Source: Candidatus Rokuibacteriota bacterium | GTDB taxonomy: Bacteria > Methylomirabilota > Methylomirabilia > Rokubacteriales > CSP1-6 | Assembly: GCA_003221515.1 (NCBI GenBank) | Contig: QHSI01000133.1 | Location: 3,530-67,529, forward strand | DNA: 64,000 nt | Reading direction: 5' to 3' | Shown here: positions 45,974 through 56,756 of the stretch, one piece after another | Numbering within the stretch: the stretch's first letter is position 1 | How the letters are laid out: the number at the start of each line of letters is the position of its first letter | Notes under the pieces: generated by a model | Databases searched by the model: none | What the model was told of the DNA's origin: nothing | Seen by the model: only the letters and a program-made list of their open reading frames with translations | Position numbers and translations under genes: made by a program

Positions 45974-48900
45974 ATGTCTCTTTTCCGGAACGCGCTGACC
46001 GAGCGCATCCTCGTCCTCGACGGCGCGATGGGCACCATGATCCAGGCGGCCGGACTCGGCGCCGAGGACTTCGGCGGCGCCCCGTACGAAGGCTGCAACG
46101 AATACTTGAACCTCACGCGCCCCGACGTCATCCGAGGCGTCCACGCCGCCTACCTCGACGCCGGCGCGGACGTGATCTCGACCAACACCTTCGGGTGCGC
46201 GCCGTACGTGCTCGGCGAGTACGGCCTGGCCGAGCGCGCCCACGAGATCACGCTGGCCGCTGCGCGGCTGGCCCGCGAGGCCGCCGGCGCCCGCTTCGTC
46301 GTCGGCGCGATGGGACCGTCGACGCGCTCGATCAGCGTCACGCGCAACGTCACCTTCGATCAGGTCCGGGAGGCGTACGAGCTTCAGGCCGCCGCGCTCA
46401 TCGTCGGGGGCGTGGACGCGCTGCTGCTCGAGACAGCCCAGGACACGCTGAACCTCAAGGCGGCGACGATCGGCGTGCGCGCGGCGATGCAGCGCGCGGG
46501 CGTCGCGCTGCCGCTGATGGTCAGCGGGACGATCGAGCCGATGGGCACGATGCTGGCGGGCCAGGGGGTCGAGGCGCTCTATGCGGCGCTCGAGCACCTG
46601 GACCTCTTCTCGATCGGCCTCAACTGCGCGACCGGGCCCGAGTTCATGACCGACCACCTCCGCTCGCTGTCCGCGATGTCGACGCGCTTCGTGAGCGTCT
46701 ACCCCAACGCCGGTCTGCCCGACGAGCGCGGCCAGTACGCGGAGACGCCCGGGAGCCTGGCCTTCAAGCTGAAGCGCTTCGTCGATGAAGGCTGGGTCAA
46801 CCTCGTCGGCGGCTGCTGCGGGACGACGCCGGCCCACATCACCGCGATCAAGGCGCTGGTCAACGGCCGTCCGCCGCGCGTCCCGGCGGCGCACGAGCAA
46901 CAGGCGGTCAGCGGGATCGAGGTGCTCTACCCGACCGAGGACAACCGCCCGCTGTTCGTGGGCGAGCGCACGAACGTCATCGGCTCCCGACGGTTCAAGG
47001 AGCTGATCGTCGCCGACCAGTTCGAGGAAGCGGCCGAGATCGGTCGCGCCCAGATTCGCACCGGCGCCCACATCCTCGACGTCTGCCTGGCCAACCCCGA
47101 CCGCGACGAGACCGCCGACGTCGACCGGTTCATGACCCAGATCACCCGCAAGGTGAAGGTGCCGCTCATGATCGACTCGACCGACGCGCGGGTGCTCGAG
47201 GTGGCCTTGCGCCACTGCCAGGGCAAGTCGATCGTGAATTCGATCAACCTCGAAGACGGCGAGGAGCGGTTCGAGAAGGTCGTGCCCCTGCTCCGGACCT
47301 ACGGCGGCGCCGTCATCGTCGGCTGCATCGACGAGGACAAGCGCCAGGGCATGGCGGTCACGCGCCAGCGTAAGCTCGCGATCGCCGAGCGCAGCCATTA
47401 TTTGTTGACGGGCAAGTACGGGGTGCCGGCCCGCGACCTGATCTTCGACGCGCTGGTCTTTCCGGTCGGCACCGGCGACGCCAACTACATCGGCTCCGCG
47501 GTGGAGACGATCGAGGGCATCCGGGCGATCAAGGCGCGATTTCCGGAGTGCAAGACGATCCTCGGGATCTCGAACGTCTCGTTCGGCCTGCCGGTCGCCG
47601 GCCGCGAGGTCCTGAACTCGGTTTTCCTCTACCACTGCACCAAGGCGGGGCTCGACTACGCGATCGTCAACACCGAGCGCCTGGAGCGCTATCCCTCGAT
47701 CCCAGAAGAGGAGCGGCGCCTGGCCGAGGACCTCATCTACTGGCGCGGGGCCGACCCGGTCGCGGCGTTCGCCGCGTATTTCCGGGAAAAGAAGAAGGCG
47801 CCGCCGGCGGCCAGCACGCTGTCGCTCGACGAGCGCCTGGCACGCTACATCGTCGAGGGCTCTCGCGACGGCCTCGTCGACGACCTGAACGTCAAGCTCG
47901 GCGAGGCGACGCCGCTCGAGATCATCAACGGACCGCTGATGCGCGGCATGGACGAGGTCGGCCGGCTGTTCAACGACAACCAGCTCATCGTGGCCGAAGT
48001 CTTACAGTCCGCGGAGGCGATGAAGACGGCGGTCGCCCACCTGGAGCCGTTCATGGAGAAGTCCGAGTCGGCGACGCGCGGCTCGATCGTGCTGGCCACC
48101 GTCAAGGGCGACGTCCATGACATCGGCAAGAACCTCGTCGAGATCATCCTCTCGAACAACGGCTACCGGGTGATCAACCTGGGCATCAAGGTTCCGCCCG
48201 AAGAGCTGATCGCGGCCTACCACCTGCACAAGCCCGACGCGTTCGGGCTGTCCGGGCTCCTGGTGAAGTCGGCCCAGCAGATGGTGGTGACGGCACAAGA
48301 TCTCAAGGTCGCGGGCATCGAGGTGCCGCTCTTCGTCGGGGGCGCCGCGCTCACCAAGAAGTTCACCGCGACCAGGATCGCCGCCGAGTACGGCGGGCTC
48401 ACGCTCTACGCCAAGGACGCGATGGACGGGCTCGACCTCGCCAACCAGCTCTTCTCGGCGCCGACACGCGAGGCGCTGGTCGAGCGCGTGCGCCGCGAGC
48501 AAGCGACGCTGGTGGCGACCGCGGCCGGTGGTGCCGAGCCCGCGCCGGCCACGGCGGCGCCGATGCCGGCGCGGCGGCTCGAGCGGGTCGCGGTGCCGGC
48601 GCCGCCGGATCTCGAGCGCCACGTGCTGCGCGACGTGCCGCTCTCGCACGTCTTCCCGTACCTGAACCTCCAGATGCTCTACGGCAAGCACCTGGGCCTG
48701 CGCGGGCTGGTCGAGCGCCTGCTCGAGTCCGGCGACGCGAAGGCGCTCGAGCTCCGGGAGATCGTGGAGGGGCTCGAGCGCGACGCGGTGGCCGGCGGCC
48801 TCGTCCGCGCCCACGGCGCCTACCGCTGGTACCGCGCGCGCGCGGCCGGCGATACGGTGACGCTCTTCGACGCCTCCGGTGGCGAAGCCGGGCGCTTCGA

Positions 48901-49375
48901 GTTTCCCCGTCAGAAGGACGGCGAGCGTCTCTGTCTGGCCGACTACCTGCGGGACGACACCGACGACTACCTCGCGCTGTTCGCGGTGACGTGCGGCACC
49001 GGCGTGCGCGAGGTCGCCTCGGCGTGGAAGGATCGCGGTGAGTACGTGCGGTCCCACGCCCTGCAGGCGCTGGCGATCGAGTGCGCCGAAGCGTTCGCCG
49101 AGATGCTGCACGCGCGGCTGCGGACCCTCTGGGGATTTCCGGACTCGCCCGAGCTGTCCATCGCCGAGAAGCTCAAGGCGCGTTACCGGGGGCTCCGCGT
49201 GTCGTTCGGCTATCCGGCCTGCCCGAACCTCGCCGACCAGGCCACGCTGTTCAGGCTGCTCGAGCCGGAGACCTTCGGGCTCAGCCTGACGGAGGGGTTC
49301 ATGATGGATCCGGAGGCCTCGGTCTCCGCGCTCGTGTTCCACCATCCCGCCGCGAAGTACTTCAAGGCCGACTGA
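45974..49375 (+). CDS. metH: B12-dependent methionine synthase
   Basis: [48 protein letters not shown]. Confidence 0.98.
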   Translation: MSLFRNALTERILVLDGAMGTMIQAAGLGAEDFGGAPYEGCNEYLNLTRPDVIRGVHAAYLDAGADVISTNTFGCAPYVLGEYGLAERAHEITLAAARLAREAAGARFVVGAMGPSTRSISVTRNVTFDQVREAYELQAAALIVGGVDALLLETAQDTLNLKAATIGVRAAMQRAGVALPLMVSGTIEPMGTMLAGQGVEALYAALEHLDLFSIGLNCATGPEFMTDHLRSLSAMSTRFVSVYPNAGLPDERGQYAETPGSLAFKLKRFVDEGWVNLVGGCCGTTPAHITAIKALVNGRPPRVPAAHEQQAVSGIEVLYPTEDNRPLFVGERTNVIGSRRFKELIVADQFEEAAEIGRAQIRTGAHILDVCLANPDRDETADVDRFMTQITRKVKVPLMIDSTDARVLEVALRHCQGKSIVNSINLEDGEERFEKVVPLLRTYGGAVIVGCIDEDKRQGMAVTRQRKLAIAERSHYLLTGKYGVPARDLIFDALVFPVGTGDANYIGSAVETIEGIRAIKARFPECKTILGISNVSFGLPVAGREVLNSVFLYHCTKAGLDYAIVNTERLERYPSIPEEERRLAEDLIYWRGADPVAAFAAYFREKKKAPPAASTLSLDERLARYIVEGSRDGLVDDLNVKLGEATPLEIINGPLMRGMDEVGRLFNDNQLIVAEVLQSAEAMKTAVAHLEPFMEKSESATRGSIVLATVKGDVHDIGKNLVEIILSNNGYRVINLGIKVPPEELIAAYHLHKPDAFGLSGLLVKSAQQMVVTAQDLKVAGIEVPLFVGGAALTKKFTATRIAAEYGGLTLYAKDAMDGLDLANQLFSAPTREALVERVRREQATLVATAAGGAEPAPATAAPMPARRLERVAVPAPPDLERHVLRDVPLSHVFPYLNLQMLYGKHLGLRGLVERLLESGDAKALELREIVEGLERDAVAGGLVRAHGAYRWYRARAAGDTVTLFDASGGEAGRFEFPRQKDGERLCLADYLRDDTDDYLALFAVTCGTGVREVASAWKDRGEYVRSHALQALAIECAEAFAEMLHARLRTLWGFPDSPELSIAEKLKARYRGLRVSFGYPACPNLADQATLFRLLEPETFGLSLTEGFMMDPEASVSALVFHHPAAKYFKAD

Positions 49376-49401
49376 CGCGAGGGACATCCGACACGCAACG
49401 A

Positions 49402-49427
49402 GCCCGAGCCGGTGATCCGGCTCGGGC
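49402..49427. terminator. Hairpin between convergent genes
   Basis: GCCCGAGCCGG-tgat-CCGGCTCGGGC. Confidence 0.6.
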
Positions 49428-49453
49428 CCGGTAGCGAGGCACGAGGAGTCGGA

Positions 49454-50209
49454 CTAGAACTTGATCTCGATCCGTACCGTCGGGACGCCGAGCGCCCGCT
49501 CATTGGCCTTCACCCAGACCGTCAGGCCCGAGTCGCTGATGTAATAGGCGTCCAGCTGAAGGATGTCCGAGAGGGTGCCCTTGACCTTGACGGGCATCCG
49601 GAACGTCCCGCTGAAGCTGAACTTGAGGTCGCTACCGTCGATCGTAACGACGCCGTTCTTGATGTACCCCAGCGGCGCTACACCTGCGAAGGCCGGCGAG
49701 AGGTCGGCTTCGCCGAAGAATGTCCCGGTCATGATGACGAACTCACCCGCGTCCACCAGGTTGTCGCCCTGGACCACCACCGAGAACGCCCCACTGAGCG
49801 TACCCTTGCCGGTGGCCAGGCTCAGATCGTCGGCTCCCGTGGCGTTCACCGCGCACTTCGTGGCCGTCGGAGCGACCAGCAACACCCACGACGGGCAGAG
49901 CGGGCTTCCGAGCTTCGCCCAGCCGGAAAGCTGAGCGACCGCGGTCCGCCGGCCACCCGGGACAGGACTCGTCACGAAGTTGCCATCGGCGTCTCTGAGG
50001 TACATGTCCTCGGTGACTTCGTAGAGAACCACATCCGCCAGCGCATTCGTATCGGCCCAATACTGCGACAGATCCCACTGCGACTCCGTTTTGGTTCTGT
50101 CCTTCCCCGCCAGGGCGGGCGCGGGCTCGACCACCAGGGCGAACAGCAGAAACATCAGCCCCAGCAGGCCCCACGTTCCAGCGTTTCTCCAACTCACAGT
50201 CGTTGTCAT
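49454..50209 (-). CDS. Secreted hypothetical protein, paralog of 56009..56680
   Basis: Signal peptide (APALA); LYEVTE; NLVDAGEFVIMTGTF; FSGTFRMP; ERALGVPTVRIEIKF. Confidence 0.8.
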   Translation of the reverse strand: MTTTVSWRNAGTWGLLGLMFLLFALVVEPAPALAGKDRTKTESQWDLSQYWADTNALADVVLYEVTEDMYLRDADGNFVTSPVPGGRRTAVAQLSGWAKLGSPLCPSWVLLVAPTATKCAVNATGADDLSLATGKGTLSGAFSVVVQGDNLVDAGEFVIMTGTFFGEADLSPAFAGVAPLGYIKNGVVTIDGSDLKFSFSGTFRMPVKVKGTLSDILQLDAYYISDSGLTVWVKANERALGVPTVRIEIKF

Positions 50210-50509
50210 GATCTCTCTCCTCGTGCCTCGTTCCGCTACGTCTTCAATTCCATCTGGACGCCAGTAAGTGCAAGCAGGGGACCAAGCCCGCGCCATCCTA
50301 AGCTGCGGATTCCATTGAGATAATCCGGTGGATTTGTGGAAGGGTGAATTCTAAGTGGGTGATTTCTTTGCGAATTCTCCGGAAATAGGGCCAGAACTCA
50401 CCAGACCCATACGTGTCGGGTACTTACCGAGCGAGGGGGCGAGTAATCGATTTGATTCTAGGAGCTTACCGGTCGAAGCGTGGCGAAGCGGGCAGCTACA
50501 GGCCCGAGA

Positions 50510-53194
50510 TCAGGCGTCCGGGTCGTCCTCGACCGACGCGCCGGGCTTGGCAGGGAGCTTCACCGTGAAGGTGGAGCCGACCCCGAGCTCGCTCTGGACG
50601 CCGATCGTTCCGCCGTGGCTCTCCACGATCCCCAGGCTCACGGACAGTCCGAGACCGGTCCCGCTGACCTCGGGCTTGGTCGTGAAGAACGGCTCGAAGA
50701 TACGGCCGAGGTGCTCCGGCGCGATGCCGGTGCCGGTGTCCGCCACCTCGACCCGCACCATGCCGCCGCTGAACGACGACCGGAGCGTCAGGGAGCCGCC
50801 CCGCTCTTGCATGACGTAGACGGCGTTGTTGATGAGGTTCAGGAACACCTGCTTGATGCGCGGCACGTCGACCTCGACCGGCGGCAGGCCCTCGGCGTAT
50901 TCCTCGTGCAGCGTGATCGAGTCGAAGGCGCCCTGGCGGCGCACCATTACCAGCGTCTGCTCCAGGACTTGATTGAGGTCGGTGACCTGGGGAACGAACT
51001 CGCGCTGGCGGCTGAAGTGCAGGAGGTCGCGCACGATGTCGCGCGCGCGCCCGGCCTCTTCCTGGATCAGGTCGAGCTCTTCGCGCATCGGCTGACCGTG
51101 CGGCACCTGCTCGGCGAGGTACGATGCGAAGCCGAGCACGCTGGTCAGCGGATTGTTGATCTCGTGAGCGATGTTGGCGGCGAGCTCGCCGATGGCCGCG
51201 AGCTTCGTGGACTGGATGAGCTGGGCCTGCGTGCGCTGGAGCTCGGCGTACTGCTGCTTCACGCCCTCGTAGAGACGCGAGTTCTCGCTCGCGACCGCCG
51301 CCTGGAGCGCGATGCCCTCCGCGAGCCGGAGCTCGTCCGGTGTAACGCGGTGCTGCTCCTTCAGCCAGACGATCACGAAGCCGCCAATGTTCTCGCCCTT
51401 CCACCGCATCGGCTGGATGAGCAATGACTTGTGCGGGATAAGCCGGCCTAGTGGCCGGTCGAACCGCGGGTCGGCCTGGCTGTCCGGGGAGCAGATTGGC
51501 TCGGCCACGCGGCGCCACTCGGCGGCGGCCGGGTTCAGCGCCCGTAGATTTTCGCCGTCGAGCGCCTGCAGCAGGTCCTTGGGAACGCGATAGCCGACGA
51601 TCGGCAGGAAGCGGCCGTCCTCGCTCTGGAGCCAGGCGCCGCCGGTGTCGGCGCCGAGGGCGCGCACCATCGCCCGGGTCGTCCGTCTCAAGACCTCGGT
51701 CAGCTCGAGCGTCGAGCTGGCGTCGTGGCTGACGGCCAGCAGCGTCTCGGTGTGCCGCAGCCGTTCCTGCGTCTGCTCGTAGAGCCTGGCGTTGCGAATC
51801 GCCGCCGACGCCGACGTCGCGAGCGCCTCGCCCAGCGCCTGCTCCTCCGGCGTGAACTCGTGACGCGGCCGGTAGAGGATCGTGAGGACGCCCACCAGCT
51901 CGCTCTCGAGGAAGAGCGGGAGCCCCAGGTAGGACACGAGCTGTTCGCCCTCGAGCCACTCCGTGTACTTGACACGCGGCTGCGCCGCGATGTCGCTGTA
52001 CGACACCGGCTTCTGATGCTTGACGATCCAGCCGAGGTATCCGTCGCCGTCCTCGACGCCGTGCTCCTCGACCTCCATGGGCGCCCGGGTGACGCCGGCC
52101 TGGGCGTGGAGGCGGAAGACGCCCGGGGCTTCGTCCCGGATGAGGATCCGGGCCACGTCGGCGCCGAACCGGCTGCGCACGAGCTCGGCGAGCCGGTGGA
52201 GCACCTCGGAGACCTGGAGCGTCTCGGTGAGCAGGCGCCCCGACTCCACGAGGCTCTCCTGCTCGGCGGCGCGGCGCATCACGCCCTCGTAGAGCCGCGC
52301 GTTCTCGACGGCGATCGCGACCTGGTCCGCCACGATCTTCAGCAGCTGCTCCTCGTCGGCCTTCGCGCCCGGCGGCAGCACGTGGCGCGCGATCATCACG
52401 CCGAGCTGCCGGCCGCGCACGTTGAGGGGCAGCGTCCACTCGACCTCGGTCCAGTCGTCGGCCGTCGCGGCGCCGGTGCCGGCCAGGACACTGCGCGGCT
52501 GCGCGCCCGCCTCGCTGTTGACCGTGACGTTGACGCCGGGCGGCTCGCTCAGCTCGACGCGGAGGCTGGACGTCCCGATCGACTGCGCGAGGCCCCCCAG
52601 CAGCTTCTCGAGCATCCCCGCCACCCCCATCTCGGAGGTGATGTCCTGCAGCGAGCGGTGCAGGTCCTCGAGCTGCGAGGCCCGCCGCACGAAGTGCTGG
52701 TTCAGCCGCTTGAGCTCTTCGACCTGGTTGAGCAGGCGGTAGACGAGCCGCTGGTTGAGCTCGCGGAGATAGACGCCCTCGTCGCGGCCTTCGACCCGCT
52801 CGCGCTTGCCACCCAGGAACTCGGCCACCTGGCGTGGGAAGGCGTCGACGTCGATGGGCTTCTGGATGTAGCCGTCGCAGCCGGCCACGAGGGTCCGCTG
52901 GCGATCGCCTTGCATCGCATACGCCGTCACCGCGATGACCGGCGTCGCGGCGAGGTTCGGGAACGATTTCAGGATCGCGACGATCTCGTACCCGTCCACG
53001 CCCGGCAGGTTGATGTCGAGCAGGATCAGCGCCGGCTCTTCGCGAATCGCGGCCTCGATCCCGGTCAGGCCGTCCTCGGCGTCCACGATCGCGTAGCCGG
53101 CCGCCTCCAGGACCGCCCGCACGAGCATACGGTTCTCGCGGTTGTCCTCGATGTAGAGGATCTTCACCTTCTGATCGGCTGGCCGTCCCGGCAT
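50510..53194 (-). CDS. Hybrid signalling protein: REC, GAF domains, NtrB-type histidine kinase
   Basis: ILYIEDN..LLDINLP (DivK-like REC); AIAVENARLY repeats; AHEINNPL; NLINNA; DTGTG; FFTTK; GTGLGL. Confidence 0.93.
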   Translation of the reverse strand: MPGRPADQKVKILYIEDNRENRMLVRAVLEAAGYAIVDAEDGLTGIEAAIREEPALILLDINLPGVDGYEIVAILKSFPNLAATPVIAVTAYAMQGDRQRTLVAGCDGYIQKPIDVDAFPRQVAEFLGGKRERVEGRDEGVYLRELNQRLVYRLLNQVEELKRLNQHFVRRASQLEDLHRSLQDITSEMGVAGMLEKLLGGLAQSIGTSSLRVELSEPPGVNVTVNSEAGAQPRSVLAGTGAATADDWTEVEWTLPLNVRGRQLGVMIARHVLPPGAKADEEQLLKIVADQVAIAVENARLYEGVMRRAAEQESLVESGRLLTETLQVSEVLHRLAELVRSRFGADVARILIRDEAPGVFRLHAQAGVTRAPMEVEEHGVEDGDGYLGWIVKHQKPVSYSDIAAQPRVKYTEWLEGEQLVSYLGLPLFLESELVGVLTILYRPRHEFTPEEQALGEALATSASAAIRNARLYEQTQERLRHTETLLAVSHDASSTLELTEVLRRTTRAMVRALGADTGGAWLQSEDGRFLPIVGYRVPKDLLQALDGENLRALNPAAAEWRRVAEPICSPDSQADPRFDRPLGRLIPHKSLLIQPMRWKGENIGGFVIVWLKEQHRVTPDELRLAEGIALQAAVASENSRLYEGVKQQYAELQRTQAQLIQSTKLAAIGELAANIAHEINNPLTSVLGFASYLAEQVPHGQPMREELDLIQEEAGRARDIVRDLLHFSRQREFVPQVTDLNQVLEQTLVMVRRQGAFDSITLHEEYAEGLPPVEVDVPRIKQVFLNLINNAVYVMQERGGSLTLRSSFSGGMVRVEVADTGTGIAPEHLGRIFEPFFTTKPEVSGTGLGLSVSLGIVESHGGTIGVQSELGVGSTFTVKLPAKPGASVEDDPDA

Positions 53195-53207
53195 TCGACC
53201 TTTTCTC

Positions 53208-55328
53208 CTAGATCAAGGGTAGCGTGAAATGGAACGTAGACCCCTGATTCTCGCGACTCTCGGCCCAGACCCGGCCGCCGTGCAGCTCCACGAACTTTTT
53301 GCTGATGGCGAGCCCGAGCCCGGTGCCCCCGGCCCCGCGGGCGACCGGGTTGTCGAGCTGCTGGAAGGGCTCGAACAGGCGCGCCAGGTCGTCCTCACGG
53401 ATGCCGACGCCGGTGTCGGCGACGCTCACCCGCACCGCCTCCTGCTCGGCCACGACGCTGACTAGCACCCGGCCCTGCGTGGTGAACTTCACCGCGTTGG
53501 ATAAAAGGTTCAGGAGGATCTGCTTGACCTTCGTGCGGTCGGCCGCGAGCGGCGGCAGCTCGAGCGGCACGTTCTTCTCGAGCTTCAGCTGCTTGCCGCG
53601 GGCGAGTGGCATCGACGACTCGAGGCATTCGTCGATCAGCTCGTGCAGGTCGATCTCCTCGGAGATCATCTCGAGCTTGCCGGCCTCGATGCGCGAGAAG
53701 TCGAGGATCCCGTTGATGAGCTGGAGCAGGTGGCTGCCGCTGTTGTGGACCGAGCGGATATACGTCTCCTGCCGCTCGGTCAGCTCGCCGTCGAGCCGGT
53801 TCAGCAGCACCTTCGAGAAGCCGATGATCGAATTGAGCGGCGTCCGGAGCTCGTGGGACATGCTGGCCAGGAACTGGGACTTGAGCCGGCTTGCCTGCAT
53901 CAGCTGGGCGTTCGAGCCCGAGAGCTCCTCGTACAGCCGCGCGTTCTCGAGCGAGATCGCCACCTGGTTGGCCAGGACGGCGAGCACCTCGAGCTCCTGC
54001 TCGTCGAAGATGTCGCCGGAGAGCTTCTCGCCGACCAGGAGGATGCCGGTGAGCTTGCCCTCGATCTTCAGCGGCACGATCAACGCCGCCTTGATCTCGT
54101 CGAGCTCGCTCTCGGCCGCCTCGAAGTAGGCGGAGATCTCGGGGTTCAGCTTGACCTCTTCCTTGACCAGCACGCGCCCGGTCTGGTTCAGCCACAGCAC
54201 GATCGGGCTGTCGACCGCGATCGCGTTGGCCCCGGCGCCCTCCCCGGCGGTCGCGTCCTCCCGAAAGACCGCGAACGCGCTGCGCTGCGGGTCGTAGATC
54301 ATCAGCACGCAGTGCGTGAGGGGCACGCCGCGGACGAGCCCGTGGACGAGCGTCTCCATGAGCCGCCCGAAGTCGAGGATCGCGCCCATCCGCTTGCTCA
54401 AGTCCAGGAGTGTCTCGTAGCAGCCGCGCCGGCGGCGGAACATGAGCCGCTCGATGCGCTCTTCCAGCCGCTGGCCGAGCGGGCTCACCAGCAGCGTCAT
54501 CACGAAGCCCAGCGGCAGGATGATCCAGAGCGGGTTGACCTGATCCCAGTCGGCGTACTGCTCGGCCATGGCCAGGGCGGAAGTGAGCACGCCCCACAGC
54601 AACAGGTAGATCGCGGACTTCTTGACCGCCACGTTCACGTCGAAGAGGCGGTAGCGGACGATCGACGTGCCCAGCATCAGGGCGAAGATCATGTTCGCCG
54701 GAATGCCCATCGGGTACACGAGGTCCGTGGCCGGGACGAAGCGCACCAGGATGAACCGCGCGAAGTCGATGACACCCCCGATGAGGCTGACGAGCGTACC
54801 GAGCAGGATCAGGGTCGCGCGGTTGCGCCGGAAGCTCGACTCGACGTCCTTGTACACCCCGACCAGGTGCATGAGACCGTAGATCAGGAAGAAGTTCCAG
54901 TAGATGAAGAACGGCGTGTACAGGATGCCGGTGGCCGGCGCCCAGCCCCAGTAGGTCGTCTTCACCCCGCTCATGAAGAACGCCGTGCCGCTCAGGTTGA
55001 TGATGCTGAAGACGATCGCCAGCGCGTACGCGGCGGCCAGCGAGCGGCGATGGCGCGTCGTGCTCTCGAGGAAGATCAGGACGAAGTGATAGTAGAAGAC
55101 GGGGAGGACGATGACCCCGCTGTGAATGACGACTTCCCAGAACACCGCGGTCGCCTCGTCCGGCGAGCGCCGCAGCATGAAGACGCCGAAGTTCCATGCC
55201 GCCATGCCGCCCACGAAGTAGGCGAACAGGCGGTTCAGGCGGCTCTCCGGGTTGCGGAACAGCGTGATCCCGGCGAGGGAGACGTTCAGGAGCAGCGCGA
55301 AGAGCGGGAGGAGGTTATGAAGGGTCAA
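53208..55328 (-). CDS. Sensor histidine kinase with N-terminal multi-TM (HisKA_7TM-like) domain and GAF
   Basis: TTG start overlaps the GNAT stop; about 8-9 TM helices; SIVRYRLFDV; SMSHELRTPLN; NLLSNAVKF; GTGLGL. Confidence 0.9.
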   Translation of the reverse strand: MTLHNLLPLFALLLNVSLAGITLFRNPESRLNRLFAYFVGGMAAWNFGVFMLRRSPDEATAVFWEVVIHSGVIVLPVFYYHFVLIFLESTTRHRRSLAAAYALAIVFSIINLSGTAFFMSGVKTTYWGWAPATGILYTPFFIYWNFFLIYGLMHLVGVYKDVESSFRRNRATLILLGTLVSLIGGVIDFARFILVRFVPATDLVYPMGIPANMIFALMLGTSIVRYRLFDVNVAVKKSAIYLLLWGVLTSALAMAEQYADWDQVNPLWIILPLGFVMTLLVSPLGQRLEERIERLMFRRRRGCYETLLDLSKRMGAILDFGRLMETLVHGLVRGVPLTHCVLMIYDPQRSAFAVFREDATAGEGAGANAIAVDSPIVLWLNQTGRVLVKEEVKLNPEISAYFEAAESELDEIKAALIVPLKIEGKLTGILLVGEKLSGDIFDEQELEVLAVLANQVAISLENARLYEELSGSNAQLMQASRLKSQFLASMSHELRTPLNSIIGFSKVLLNRLDGELTERQETYIRSVHNSGSHLLQLINGILDFSRIEAGKLEMISEEIDLHELIDECLESSMPLARGKQLKLEKNVPLELPPLAADRTKVKQILLNLLSNAVKFTTQGRVLVSVVAEQEAVRVSVADTGVGIREDDLARLFEPFQQLDNPVARGAGGTGLGLAISKKFVELHGGRVWAESRENQGSTFHFTLPLI

Positions 55329-55990
55329 GCGTGTCTCCCCCCGGCGCCCTCGAGCGGGAGATGGATCCGGTCCTTCCGACGCTGCTCCGCGATCTCGTCC
55401 TTCAGGATGCCGAAGACGAACATGTCCCAGCACTGGCCGTCCTGAAATCCTGCCTTCCGGAGGACGCCCTCCTGCCGGAAGCCGTTGCGCCGGAGCGAGT
55501 TGGCGCTCAAACGGTTGTACTCGTACACCTTGGCTTCGATGCGCCGGAGCCCCAGCACATCGACCCCATAGTACGAGATGAGCTTGCCCGCCTCCACGCC
55601 AAACCCGCGGCGAATCGCCCGCCGATCGGTCAGCATGACCTCGAGGAACGCGTAGCCTTCCAGGAGGTGGATGTCGAAGAGCCTCGCCACGCCGATCGGG
55701 CGGTCCCATCCGAGATTGGCTTCGATGATCAGCACGACCTGCGTGGTGTCGGTGAGGCAGGCGTCGTAGAACGAGGGATCCTTGTCGTAGACGTGCTTGT
55801 AGGTGTTCAGGAACTGGCTGCCGACCATGCGCTCGGTGACCGGATCCTCCGCCCACTCCGAGAGATGCTCGAGGTCGGCGGGGCGCATCGTCCGGAGGTA
55901 GACCCGCGTGCCCTGGGAGACCACCCCCGCGCGGCGCGTCCTCCCGTCGGCCAGGTTCGACGACACAGACGGTTCGTTCACGGCGATCAT
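55325..55990 (-). CDS. GNAT acetyltransferase (RimJ/RimL-type)
   Basis: VYLRTMRPADL; RRGFGVEA; LGLRRIEAKV..N..S..RNGFRQEGVLRK. Confidence 0.88.
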   Translation of the reverse strand: MIAVNEPSVSSNLADGRTRRAGVVSQGTRVYLRTMRPADLEHLSEWAEDPVTERMVGSQFLNTYKHVYDKDPSFYDACLTDTTQVVLIIEANLGWDRPIGVARLFDIHLLEGYAFLEVMLTDRRAIRRGFGVEAGKLISYYGVDVLGLRRIEAKVYEYNRLSANSLRRNGFRQEGVLRKAGFQDGQCWDMFVFGILKDEIAEQRRKDRIHLPLEGAGGRHA

Positions 55991-56008
55991 TCCCCCAGCC
56001 GTCCTGCG

Positions 56009-56680
56009 TTAGTCGAAGCTGATCTCGACCCGCACCGTCGCGTCGCCGAGCGCGCGCTCGTCCGGGCGCACCGGGATCGGTGTGCCGTGGTCGCTCTCAT
56101 ACACGGCGATGTGGTTGAACTTGAACGGCCGCCGGAACTTGCCGGTAAACGAGGCCGGGGTGCGGTCCAGCGGGAAGCCCGGCAACGCCGCGACGAGCGT
56201 AAAGGCGGCGCCCGGCAGGATGTCGATGATCAGGCCCTCGGGGTCGGCCGCCGCGATGTCCCCGGCAAACGTCCCGTACATGATTACGAACTCGGCCGCG
56301 TCGGCCAGGTTGGTCGCGTTCGTGTTGACAACCACCCAGAACTCACCGCTGATGCTGCCAGTGAGGTTGCTGAGGTCGATCTGACTTCTGCCGATCGCCA
56401 CCACCGTGCAGCGCCGAGCCAGCCGAATGCCGAGCGGCTCGAGCGCCAACTTCGCATACTCCAGCAGATCTTCTTGGCAGAGCGGCGTTCCTCGCTCCAC
56501 CTTCCCTTCGAGCGCGGACTCGGCGATGCTGAAGCCGCCGGTAATCGTCGCGTGCTCGGTCAGCTCGTACAGAACCGCGTTCGTGTGCAGGGAGCCGCCG
56601 GGATGACCGGCCTCGCTGGTCCCGAACGTCGAGACGAGCGCCGCGAGCAGCACCAGGAGCGAACCGGCACGTCTCGTCAT
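56009..56680 (-). CDS. Secreted hypothetical protein, paralog of 49454..50209
   Basis: AAGGAG RBS; signal peptide; LYELTE; NLADAAEFVIMYGTF; FTGKFRRP; ERALGDATVRVEISF. Confidence 0.8.
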   Translation of the reverse strand: MTRRAGSLLVLLAALVSTFGTSEAGHPGGSLHTNAVLYELTEHATITGGFSIAESALEGKVERGTPLCQEDLLEYAKLALEPLGIRLARRCTVVAIGRSQIDLSNLTGSISGEFWVVVNTNATNLADAAEFVIMYGTFAGDIAAADPEGLIIDILPGAAFTLVAALPGFPLDRTPASFTGKFRRPFKFNHIAVYESDHGTPIPVRPDERALGDATVRVEISFD

Positions 56681-56756
56681 GACATCGCACTCCTTGTCAG
56701 TGGCCGCATGATCCGGGGTGGATCCCCGGCCCTCCCCTCGCGCACGTGTCGCGCGC

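Noticed and set aside
44759..47635. 958-aa ORF suggesting an extended CoA-transferase
   Set aside because: The extension is antisense to metH; the real start is ATG 45955.
53208..55856. N-terminal extension of the 7TM kinase
   Set aside because: It overlaps the GNAT gene out of frame; the TTG at 55328 coupled to the GNAT stop fits better.
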